Positions 10,828 to 21,642 of a DNA stretch of 40,294 nucleotides are shown piece by piece. The DNA comes from Octopus bimaculoides (Eukaryota), in the NCBI RefSeq assembly GCF_001194135.2, contig NC_068989.1:39141213-39181506 (forward strand), written 5' to 3'. The first letter of the stretch is position 1. Every line of letters starts with the position of its first letter. The notes beneath the pieces are model-generated. The model did no database searches and was not told the origin of the DNA. It saw only the letters and a program-made list of their open reading frames with translations. The position numbers and the translations under genes were made by a program.

Positions 10828-12134
10828 ACCAGCATGGAAAATGGATATAAAACTAATTATGATGGTGGTGGTAGCAGAGGGAAAAGGGTCAAATATTTAT
10901 TGTTTTGACTCAGTGAAGAAGACACCCATCTACAAATGCCTAATCGTGATCATGGTAGTGGTGGTGGCGTAGTCCTACACATTTAAAGAAGATAGTGTAG
11001 TCATGATATGAATATCTTTGATCTGCTTGATCATGATTGACCAGGGACTAAATAAAAACAACAACAACAAGACATATAGGTAGACATAGACTTTTCTACT
11101 TTTATTGACTTTTCCCAATCTATCTTATCCATTCAAATTTTCTCATGAGTTGAATATCTAATTCATGGACTTAGAGGTGTGTGTCTTACCTTTCATACAA
11201 AGCTGTAGTATCCAGTCATAAAGCGTCTACAACTAGAATTGATATCTAAAGGCAGAACTTAATAACTTACTCTATCTGAATTTAATCGTTAAAAACTTGA
11301 CCTTTGTCCTACAGTTTTAGCCTACGGGTATCTAGAATTTGTAGCTAGGTGTCTCTTTGCTTCTCTTATTATTGAGAATTCACTTAATCGAGTAACTGGG
11401 ATGTGAAGCAACAATTTTACGGCTTGCTTGCTGCATGTTGTTAAAGTTGTTGGTGTCAGTGTCAAAATGTAATTAACCTTATATACTATTTTCAGTCTCT
11501 CATATATTTATTCTGAATTTATTGAGTGGTTCCATCTATTTGCCACTAAAACTGTCGGATAAATATAAAATTGCGCACCCGTTAATTCAATAGCCAAATT
11601 GTATTTGAAAGTTTTGTAGTTCGTCTTCTGATGGAAATGAACTACCAGATTCTTCAGAGCAATGTTAAATGTAAAAATGAAGTATGCCTGGCATCATAAA
11701 CATGTCCAGTTTAGAATCAAATTTATTTGTAAAGTTGACTAAAGATCAAATGAATACTACCATTGACTCCCTCTTAAACTGTAGGACTCTGTTAACCTTA
11801 CACTTTCATTAGATAATTTTGGTTATCTTCTTTCTGATCTCTTGTATTGCTGTTGATCTTTGTCTGACATTGATAATTTCAGATTCATATTTTCATTCTT
11901 ATTGTATTTTAAAAGAATAATACTCTTTGATATATTCATATTATTGTTGTTGATGATGTTTATACACACATCCTCACATACTTAACCCTTTAGTCATTAA
12001 GGAATTGTTCTACTTTCTAAGAACCCTGTATATTTGTACTAAACTGCCGATTCACTCTGTTGTTACCTAGAGTTTCTCATTTGATACAAGTCTTCACAAA
12101 ACTGAGGTTTTAGATTATGCTATTGCCGCCTTCA

Positions 12135-12341
12135 CCCTTTAGCATTTAAACCAGCTATATCAGATCCAAATATTCTATCCATTTTATATTCAAACTAGCT
12201 AGATCTGGCTTCTCACATCTATTCTACAATGTCGTTCTAAAGAATAAAGTATCATATCACTGAAATCTGATGCATGATTAATTAAAAACAATCTGAATAA
12301 ATGAGTATTACATCTCACAGAGTAATCTGAATGGTAAAAGT
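12135..12341. mobile_element. piggyBac-like (TTAA) MITE, decayed
   Basis: Ends ttca|CCCTTTAGCATT ... AATGGTAAAAG|tttaa form imperfect TIRs with TTAA-like flanks. Confidence 0.5.
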
Positions 12342-12429
12342 TTAAAAATCACAGTAAGCAACTCTGATTAGTGTCTGGGGAAAACTACTAGATTTATACA
12401 CAATCATATACTCTGCATATATATATTTA

Positions 12430-12635
12430 TCATCATCATTATCTTTTAATATCCACTTACCATGCTGGCATGGGTAAGATGGCTTGACAGGGAAGTGGTG
12501 AGCTGCACGGCTGCTTTGAGTTCCATTGCTGTCTTTGGTATAATTTCTACAGCTGGGTGTCTTTCCTAATACTGGCCATTTTAAAGAGTGTACTGGATGC
12601 TTTTTTCTTTTGTACCACTGGCACTAGTGAGGTTG
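12430..12635 (-). mobile_element. Old RTE-tail-derived short element
   Basis: (CAT)n then CCATGCTGGCATGGG..CTACAGCTGGGTGTCTTTCCTAA, a diverged reverse complement of the RTE 3' UTR. Confidence 0.65.
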
Positions 12636-12974
12636 TCATATATTTATATATATATATATGAGTGTGTGTTTATATAAAAACATATGTGCACACATTCTCC
12701 ATAATATATTCTGAATGTTATATTTTGTTAAACCAAAAGTGTGTACGCATGCATACATGCATACAGACAGACAGACAGTGGTTTACAAAGAATTGACTTC
12801 TAACCACAGAAGCCAATCCAAAAGTTGAAACTTCGTGTGAGATGCCTTCCCCTTGCATGTTTTGGAGAAATAACCTATACAATGCTAGCATGGAAAGTAT
12901 ATGTAAGATGATGCTGATGACATGCATACCTCTCTCTCTCTCTGTATATATATATATATCTCATGGGCATCGGT

Positions 12975-13140
12975 ACCATTTTCCTCTTTCTCCGTTCTTC
13001 CATTCTCCGAACTTTCCATCTTTCCGATGAAAGGCTACGCCCGAAACGTCATACACTCTCTCTTTCCTTTCCTGAGCATCCAATAATACTATCCATATCA
13101 CGTCCTCACTTTGTTGTTTTTTTGTTATTGTTTTTTTGAA
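12975..13140 (+). mobile_element. Short repeat with a degenerate minimal hammerhead-like motif (Penelope-like LTR relic), between (TA)n tracts
   Basis: CCGATGA-aaGGC tac GCCc-GAAA-CGTC at 13024-13050, followed by a pyrimidine-rich tail and (TA)n. Confidence 0.45.
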
Positions 13141-13177
<37 letters not shown>

Positions 13178-14791
13178 TTAATAGAAGATAATTTCAGTTG
13201 TCAGTAATTTACATCCAAATAAACAAAATTATGCTTCCAGTGATTTATAAGATGTGATTGGATTGAATACATTGTTCCACTCATGTACTTTTAGGTTCAA
13301 TAAACACTTGTATAAGTCAAAAAGTCAAATAATAAAGAATAATAAAATGTAAACGAAGACATAAGATCATAAGAAACATGTATGCGTGTGTAGATACATG
13401 TATTTGAGAGAGAATAAAAATTGTAAATAGAGTTCAGTAATATGAGATATCATGAAAGTAAAAGCCAGTTAAAAACCCACGGACATTTCAGAAAATATTA
13501 AAGGGCTGTAGCAACATTCCATATTCCGCTCCATCGAAATAATATTTTCTTCTTCAGGGTTTGTGGTAAAGTGCAGTTAAATTCTACTTGATGAATTCCT
13601 GTTGGTAGGTGGACATTGAATGATTATATAATTGACAAAGTAGATGCAGTGTCATCCAAAATTAATATAATTATGATGCTGAAATAGAACTGTTTATAAA
13701 GAAAAGATAATTGAATTGTTGAATAGGTAGACAGGTGAGCATGTGATTAATCGTACTTGAATATTTTTTTAAGAATTATTTAATATAGAATGTGGTATTT
13801 AAGGTTAAGGATTCGTGCATTCTAATCTAAGCCGTGATTTTATTTTGTTTATTTGGATGTAAATTACTGACAACCGAAATCTTTATCTTCTACTAAAGAT
13901 TTTATTACTCCTTAGCTTATAAACGAGCACAAAAGCAGTTGTTCTATACATGGAGTATCATCTCCACTAAAATTTTCTTATTCTATATATATAAAATGTT
14001 ATCTTTATCATTATTATCATCATTTAGCATTGGTTTTGTATGCTTGCATAGGTTGCAAAGCTGGACTGAAGCAAATGAATTAGAAGACCAAGTTGTTCTT
14101 CAGTATCAGCTTTGGCATGCTTTCTATAGATGAATGCCTTTCCTGATACCAGAAATTTTACTGACTGTACTGGATGCTTTATGCATGGCATGAGTACTGT
14201 ATACAGTTGTGTAGATTAGAAATAGCTATCACTCAAACACGTTGTATTACTGGCATGACTATATTGGAGCCTGATCTTTTCCATCAATGATTCCCCATAT
14301 CATTTTATTAGTCCATTGTGTATAATTTGTAACATTAACATTCCTAAATCCATTTACTTTCAAAGCTTTCTCAGTTCAAATGTCAGAATGAAATATCAAT
14401 ACAATGACATGTTTTCACATACCCTGACTTGGGTCACAAAGGATTAAAGGAAGTGCTTTTTTTAATTTTCTTTTGTCAGTGGTAGTTTTAAAATTTATCC
14501 AACAATTAAGTTTGCTAGAGAAATCAGCACCAAAATCCTTTGCAACCCAGTGCAGGATATGTGAAAATGTTATTCCACAATCCATCAGAGGAAGAGCTTA
14601 TATAGCTTTGAAACATTAATGGGCAATGGATTTAAGAATACTTATGATTCAAATGAGCATGACGATCTGATAAGGAAATATCTATCTAGCTATATATCTG
14701 TCTGCCTGTCATGCCTGTCTTGTCTTGTCTTTCTGTCTATATGTTTGTCTATCTATCTATCTATCAAGCTAGCTAGCTGTCTGTCTATCTG

Positions 14792-14865
<74 letters not shown>

Positions 14866-14894
14866 ATACATACATACATATATATATATATATC

Positions 14895-15157
14895 AACCTA
14901 CCTTCATAACCTCCTGCCTACCATTCTACTTACCTAGATATATATGCCTACACATTAACCAATCCACCTATCTACCTATCTAAGTACTTACTCATCTACA
15001 CACAAATTTGCCTACCCACCTATGTTATCACCTACCTACCAGTCTACTTACCTACCAATGGTAGGTAGATAAGGAGATAGGTAGGTGGGTAAGTTTGTAG
15101 GTAGATAGGATAGGAGTTAGGGTGATAGGCGGGTGAATAGAGTGATTTGTATATAGG
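14895..15157. repeat. Degenerate (ACCT)n tract switching to (TAGG)n at about 15058
   Basis: cctacc aat ggtagg junction at 15051-15065; the TAGG/GATA-rich tract resumes at 16069-16280 and 17291-17345. Confidence 0.8.
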
Positions 15158-15159
15158 TA

Positions 15160-16068
15160 CTAGGTGGCATCAAAACGTTCCCAGACTAGTTCTGTAGCAC
15201 ACCAACAGATGGCAGCTCATAGTTGCATGTAGAGTGAGAGCTAACAGTGACCTTCATGAAGCAGTGTTCCAGTGATATCGCTGTGTTTACATCACAACTT
15301 GTGAAATTTGTGTTTTTGGGATCACATGTATGCTGTAGTGTACGATTTTTGTCATGGACAGAAAGTTGGAACAAAGAGCCAATGTGAAATTTTGTGCAAA
15401 ACATGGGAAGTCTTCTACAGAGACATTGAGCATGCTTCAGCAAGCTTATGGTGACGAGGCAATAAATGAGTTGTATGCAATGTTTCAAGTGGCACAGGTG
15501 CTTCAAAATGGAAGAAAGTCCCTGGAAAACAATGAGCGATCCTGAAGACCTTCCATGAGTGTTGCCTCTGGAAATATAGGGAAAATTCTTCAGCTTGTGC
15601 ATGATGTTTATCAGTGGATAATCAACAATGTTTTAATGTGTTTGAGTGGGGACGTCTGGCAAAATCAATCAGATCTGTGGAGCATGAAGAATTGGATTCT
15701 TCACGTCTATGCACCCTGTCACCAAGCTTTCCTCGCTTGTGAGTTTCTCACCAAAACCAGTATGGTATCACTTCTGCACCCACCCTATTCGCCAAATTTA
15801 GCACCTGTATACTTTCATCTCTTTCCCAAGATGAAAATGCAGCTCAATGGTCACCATTATAACATTGTTGAGGTCAAGAACGAATTGCAAAAAGTTCTTG
15901 ACTTGCTTACAGAAAACGACTTCCAGGTCAGATTCCAAAAGTGACAGCAATGCTGGGACTGGTGTATTGCTGCCAAGGTGAGTATTTCAAAGATGATGTT
16001 AAAACTTAGGTAAATAAGTTATTTTTTATTAAGCTTTACTAGTCTGGGAACTTTCTAGTACCACCTTG
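15160..16068 (+). mobile_element. Internally deleted mariner transposon
   Basis: TIRs ctaggtggcatcaaaacgttcccagactagt / actagtctgggaactttctagtaccaccttg with TA/CA flanks; N-terminal HTH MDRKLEQRANVKFC..TETLSMLQQAYGDEA and C-terminal WILH..APCH..HPPYSPNLAP..LFPKMK; central catalytic region missing. Confidence 0.92.
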
Positions 16069-16280
16069 CAGGTAGGTTATTGGATACACAGGTGAGTAGG
16101 TTGGTGGTTACATAGGTTAGTGGACAGGTAGATAGGTGTTTGTGGAGGTGGGTACATAGATAAGTAGAGAGTTAGATAGACAGGGAGGTAAACAGATTGA
16201 TTTGTATGTATATATGTAGACAGATTGGTGGGTAGGTTAGTAAGTTAATAGCTAAGAAGTTAGATAAACAGATAGATATG

Positions 16281-17290
16281 TTTCTTTATTAGCCACACAG
16301 GGCTGAACACAGAAGGGACAAGTTACAAAGTAGAGCTTTTCTTTTTGGGGAAGAGAGGGAAGGAAGAAAAAAGGGGGGTAGATTTTCGATCAAAAGAGAT
16401 TGTAAAAAAAAAAAACGATCAATAGGGATCGTGTATCACAGAAATGTCATGATGTAAAGTGTAAAGGGGGAAACAGATTAGGTTTATCTGTGGGAAGAAA
16501 AGCCTATGGAAAAGACCACGGTAACCTTGGCCAATAATGTCATGCAGAAAAATACATTACAGTAAGTGACTCTCTTTTTACCTTTTTTTTTTCTAGTTCA
16601 TAGGATTATGCTCAAGGTGGCTCTGTCATTCACATGTGCCATCCTTGCTACATTCACCCATCTTTTCTTGAAGCATTCAGTAGACAGAGCTTCCCTCTCT
16701 ACTCTTACCTTCCTCTTCAAGTGAAACTTGAAGACGTTGATGAGAGATTCACCAGAGAGGAAAGTGTTTGTCTCTAGACCTTTCAGACGTGTCCACCATA
16801 CACATTTTTTTACCCTAGCCACAAGTACGATGAAAATGGATCCTCCCCATTTCAAGGAAGGAGGTGCGACAATATTCACGATAGACTCAGCTGATAAACT
16901 GACTCGTCCCACACACAGTTGTTCGACATAAGCCCACAGGTCTGAAATGGTTGGACATTGTATGAGTGTGTGCAGAACGGTTTTGTCGCTCTGTCCGCAT
17001 CTCGAGCAGGTCGTCCCTGTGTTTCTCGAGCCATGCCTGTAGAGCTTATCTTGAAAGGGTAGCACTTCCCAATAGCACTGCCAGACCAGGGATCTCTGGA
17101 AGTTGTCCATAGGTCCCGGTCTGAAAGCCATCTTGAACAGGCAGGTCAGGTGTTACTCGTCGACGCCCAGGTTCACCCTGAAATTATCATCGTACCTCCC
17201 CTTCACTAATCCCCTATAGAATGCTTTCGTTGTGTTGCAGTCACTCAAGGCTGACCCAGGACAGCATAGTTGCTTGAGAGCAACTCGACT
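16281..17290 (-). mobile_element. Tx1/L1-clade LINE 3' fragment
   Basis: ORF2 C-terminus with zinc knuckle CSRCGQSDKTVLHTLIQCP ending at 16598; about 300-nt 3' UTR ending AATAAAGAAA; embedded in (GATA/GGTA)n. Confidence 0.9.
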
Positions 17291-17342
17291 GAGATAGATA
17301 GGTAGGTAAGGAGGGAAGTAGGTAGGTAGGCAGGCAGGCAGG

Positions 17343-17425
17343 TATGTACACACATACGTACGTATGTACACACATACGTACGTATGTACACACATACGTA
17401 CGTATGTACATACTTACGTACGTAC
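17343..17425. repeat. 20-bp minisatellite (CACATACGTACGTATGTACA) x about 4
   Basis: Three perfect units plus a degenerate one; each contains the palindrome ACATACGTACGTATGT. Confidence 0.92.
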
Positions 17426-17771
17426 ATTATTTCGTTATTTAGTTTTTGACTAGATAATATTAAATACAGATTTTAGTATGAAATATCCCTGTATGTAGAA
17501 CCATATTTAATATTTATAATCTGTCAATATGCTACCAGCATATTTAGCCTTGCAGCAAAACTGTAATATTTCAGACTAAACCAAAGTCAAAGATATCAAA
17601 TCTATTCTCAAGATTTCATGATGTTAGTTTCATTCTTGCTGATTGCAGCATATAGCTTATTTCCACTTAACTATATTCTCTTTATGCAGAAAGCATTCCT
17701 TGAAAACTTTCTAACATTATTCTTTTAAATTACCCAGTTATTGAATAGGTTTCCACTAACATTCTATGTTG

Positions 17772-17880
17772 ATGCAGTCATGGCCTTGTAGTTAAGCAGC
17801 TTGCTGTGTCACCATGTGATTTTGTGATTTCAGGTTCAGTTTCGCTGCATGACATCTTGGGCAAGTGTCTTGTACTATAA
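17772..17880 (+). mobile_element. tRNA-type SINE 5' fragment
   Basis: Similar to the 5' part of the SINE at 36818 (..GGTTCAGT..CTGCATG..CTTGGGCAAGTGTCTT..ACTATA). Confidence 0.6.
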
Positions 17881-18454
17881 AAACAGAAACTGTGTAAAAA
17901 AACTAATCATATATGGTTTTTGGCTTTCAGAATTAATGTGTTTAAATCTACATAAATGAATGCCTACTTACCTCTATTTTAGATATTAGGGTACAATCTG
18001 AGAGCAATTTGACTTATATTTCTAGCAGATTAAGCAACCTTGTAGAGACTGTTTCATTGACTCAAACTTTATGTTTTATGCTACTACTTTCCTACAGTAT
18101 CAGGAGCATATCTGTATTACTGGTGGTGCAGCAATATGTCATATTGCCTATAGAGGGAGTAGGAAGGCAAATTTTTATAGCTCATAGGTGTGTTACAGTA
18201 TGTCTTTCATTGTTATTTAGCTCCTAATCTTTCTGATCAAATTATCTTATTAAATAACAGCATTTCATCTGTGACCATCCCCTCTTTTTTTTCCTTATCT
18301 GAGATCACTTTTATCAATATACCTTTCCTTTTTTAAGACATTAGCACATGCTTTGAATAAAAATTTGGCTCCTATATGTAGCTCATCAAGTGACCCCTTA
18401 GAGGTTCCTTTGATTGTTCAGTGTTTGTTTTGTTGTTGTTTGTTGAGTTTCAGA

Positions 18455-18840
18455 GTTGTTAAAGCTTTTTGCTGATTGGAATGAAATTATTCAGACACAC
18501 TCCAGCCTCTACTCCACAGACGTAATGTCTTATATTTCTGTTTTTGCGACTGCAACTCTAATAACCTCTGTTCCTCAGAACTGTCTGCTGGTCTTGGGCC
18601 ACTTCCTGTCATCTACTCCTAACTTCACTCCTCATCTCATGAATTGTTGTATCCAACATCACGGGCTCAAAACTTATCCTACACCCAATCTTTGCCCCTC
18701 AGAACTTCTTCCCTCTGGAATCTCCTATCTGCTCAAGCCTTTTCTGCTGGTGTCATCTTGCAATAATACAAAAAGTAGCTTAATGGCATCAGTTTCATCG
18801 GTCTTCGAGGGCCTGCAAAAGCCATAGGTAATACACCTTT
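18455..18840 (+). mobile_element. CR1/L2-group LINE 3' coding fragment, decayed
   Basis: Translation LQPLLHRRNV..CSSELS..RTSSLWNLLSAQAF matches the CR1/L2-group C-terminal motifs LQPLxHRR / CSSEL / PRTxxLWNxLP. Confidence 0.7.
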
Positions 18841-18904
18841 CTTCAGAGCCAACAAGTAAAAATCAACAACAAAAATAATGATTTCTGATATAGATACAAA
18901 GGGC

Positions 18905-19090
18905 AGTAATTTTGAAGGGAGAAGGTTGGTTAGTCAAAATAATTGATGCCAGTAATTTACTAGTACTTTATTTTATTAACCTAGGAGGAATGAAAGGCAA
19001 AGATGACCTTGGCTGGATTTCAACTCAGCATGTAAAGAAATGGAAGAAATACTGCAAAGCAATTTCCTTGATATTTTACCAATCCACTAA
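18905..19090 (+). mobile_element. SINE-like repeat fragment
   Basis: ..TTTATT(A)ACC..AGGAATGAAAGGCAAAG..ACCTTGGC..GATTT.AACTCAG..; a homologous copy is at 29075-29240. Confidence 0.65.
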
Positions 19091-19829
19091 TTAAACACCC
19101 CAATTACATTAACAACCATAGCAATAATAAAAATACTGTGTTTAACAGAGGCACAAGTTTAAATCATATGTATGAACATGCCCTCTTTCTGAAGATTGGG
19201 TGACTGTTCATATAATTTCAACTTGCGTTATTCCATATACTTTCATGTATATATACACGGTGCACAATACTGCACTGTAAAGGATTATCCACATTTTACA
19301 CCTGTAAAGGATTATCCATATTTTCCACTCTTGTTTGTGAGGTTACATATGAACTCTCTGGGTACTTGCCTCTCTGAGTACTGCACGAAGAGCCATTGTG
19401 AAGGATTACTCTTGAGTATGAATTTCCAGGATATATATACCTATCTATAAAGAATTACTATAAACTCTCATATTACTGAGTGTTCTGTTTTTCTGCCTAA
19501 TTATATATACATATATATTTATACTCACTACTTACTGTATGACAATTTTATAAATGTTTTGATATAATTACCAATCACTTGTCCATCTTTTGTTTTATTG
19601 CACTTTCATTAGCTTGACCAGTACATTCCTTATAGCCAGCTTGCCAGCTATTGTTTGTCTGGATTCTGTTTTCTTTTATTCGCCTTTAGATTTTAGGTAT
19701 CTGGTCTGGTCTGAAGACTAATTGTCTCTATCTATTATATGCCTTTTTTTCTCACCCATTATATATATATATATGTGTGTGTGTGTATGATTGTATACAC
19801 ACACACATATAAGCATCTTGAAAGAAAAG

Positions 19830-20480
19830 TTAACCATAAGAGGAATTAGATGTGGTGTGCAAAAGTGCTGCTGGTATGGTCATGTGATGCATATGGACAA
19901 GGACAGTTGTGTAAAGAAGAGCTGATCTCTAATGGTGGTGGGAACGTGTGGTAGAAGTAGACTCAGAAAGACATGGGACAAGGTGGTGAAGCATGACCTT
20001 CGAACTTTGAACCTCACGGATGCAATGACTAATGACCAAGACCTTTGACGATGTGCTCTGCTTAAGAAGACATGTTGAGTCAAGTGCATCCATGCTGGTG
20101 TTATGTAAAAAAAAATCAACCTTTGAATGTTGGGCCACATGGAGGCAAAGTGATTGTGTACCTTTCAAGCACTGGGCCTCATAGAGGCAAAGTGGATGAG
20201 TTCCTTTTGAGTGTTGGGCCTCACAGTGGCAATGACCAAGACCTTTGGCATCATGCTGTGCTTCGGAAGAAGACTCATCAAACCAAGCAAAATCAGTCAT
20301 GGCAGATACCGGTGTCATGCAAATGGCACCAGTGCCGGTGGCATGTAAAATCACCCATTACACTCTCGGAGTGGTTGGCATAGGAAGGGCATCCAGCCAT
20401 GGAAAACCATACTTAATCAAACTGGATCCTGGCACAGCTTTCCAGCATGCCAGCCCAGTGAAACCACCAAACCCAAGCCA
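19830..20480 (+). mobile_element. Older RTE LINE 3' end (different subfamily)
   Basis: WYGHVMHMDKDSCVKK..GRSRLRKTWDKVVKHDLRTL with stops; UTR with tandem duplications of the ORF end and the shared CACTCTCGGAGTGGTTGGCATAGGAAGGGCATCCAGC core. Confidence 0.85.
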
Positions 20481-20486
20481 GTGTGG

Positions 20487-20522
<36 letters not shown>

Positions 20523-20569
20523 NNNNNNNNNNNNNNNNNNNNNNNNNNNNNNNNNNNNNNNNNNNNNNN
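20523..20569. other. Assembly gap (47 N) in (TA)n
   Basis: N run. Confidence 0.99.
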
Positions 20570-20799
20570 ATATATATACATAAATATATATATATATATA
20601 TAAAATATATATTACATATATTATACACACACACATACACTTTCACACATATACACTCTTTCATTTGGGATCACCAACACTTTCTTACCTCCCTTCCCTT
20701 CAACCATTTCTTTCTAACTTTTTTTCTAATCCTTTGCCATGCTTGCCCGCTAAAACTTCAAGTTTTTTTTTCGTTCTCTCTTTGTTTATTTGTTCTTAT

Positions 20800-20930
20800 T
20801 CCTTTGTGTTGAAGAGGGTAGGCTTGGAACATAAAATACCTTTTCATTTTCCCGTGCATTAAACTAATACACCTGCTTGTTGTTCATACACTTATCGTAG
20901 TCTTTTGCTTTTCTATTAATTTCAATTATA
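20800..20930 (+). mobile_element. Decayed short repeat related to the 12975-13140 family
   Basis: GAAGAG-ggtaggctt-GGAAC..TTTCCCGTGCATTAAACTAATACACC..TTGTTGTT followed by (TA)n. Confidence 0.4.
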
Positions 20931-20932
20931 TG

Positions 20933-20970
<38 letters not shown>

Positions 20971-21000
20971 TGTATATATCCATGTATTTTATATTTATAG

Positions 21001-21164
21001 CCAGCAGAGCCAGATTTCCCAGTGGCAACAGTAATGGATACTTGGACAAAACAAAAAGGACATCCTCTTGTGACATTAAAACTTAAGGGTACCACAGTTA
21101 CAGCTACGCAGGAAATATTCCTTCATAGTGCAAATATTTCTCAACTGAAACCTTCACCATTCAA
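21001..21164 (+). CDS. M1-family aminopeptidase internal exon, phase 0-2
   Basis: Acceptor atatttatag, donor gtaagt, 164 nt: PAEPDFPVATVMDTWTKQKGHPLVTLKLKGTTVTATQEIFLHSANISQLKPSPF; contains the M1 motif MxTWTxQxGxP. Confidence 0.95.
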
Positions 21165-21562
21165 GTAAGTTCAACTGATCACTCTGTCTCATGTTCCTGA
21201 TTGTTTTTTTCTAATATTCAAACATTTTTCTTTGAACCTTTGTTGATTTCCAGCTTGTGTGTTGTTTCTATAGGTATTGTCTTAGTTGAGCTAGGAGCAC
21301 ACACTTGCATAAGCACACATACATGCATACACACATGTACATGCACACATGCATATATATAGATGCACACATGCACATAAACACCTGAATACATACACAT
21401 ATATTTAGATATATACACCAATATATATATATATATATATAGTTACACACATAAACATATAAACATACATTCAAGCATATGTACATACATGCTCATCACA
21501 TTCACCCACACAGACATACAAACTCACACATCTATGCACATCTACACACACAGTCATGCTCT

Positions 21563-21565
<3 letters not shown>

Positions 21566-21638
<73 letters not shown>
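21566..21638. repeat. (CA)n microsatellite
   Basis: Direct inspection. Confidence 0.95.
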
Positions 21639-21642
<4 letters not shown>

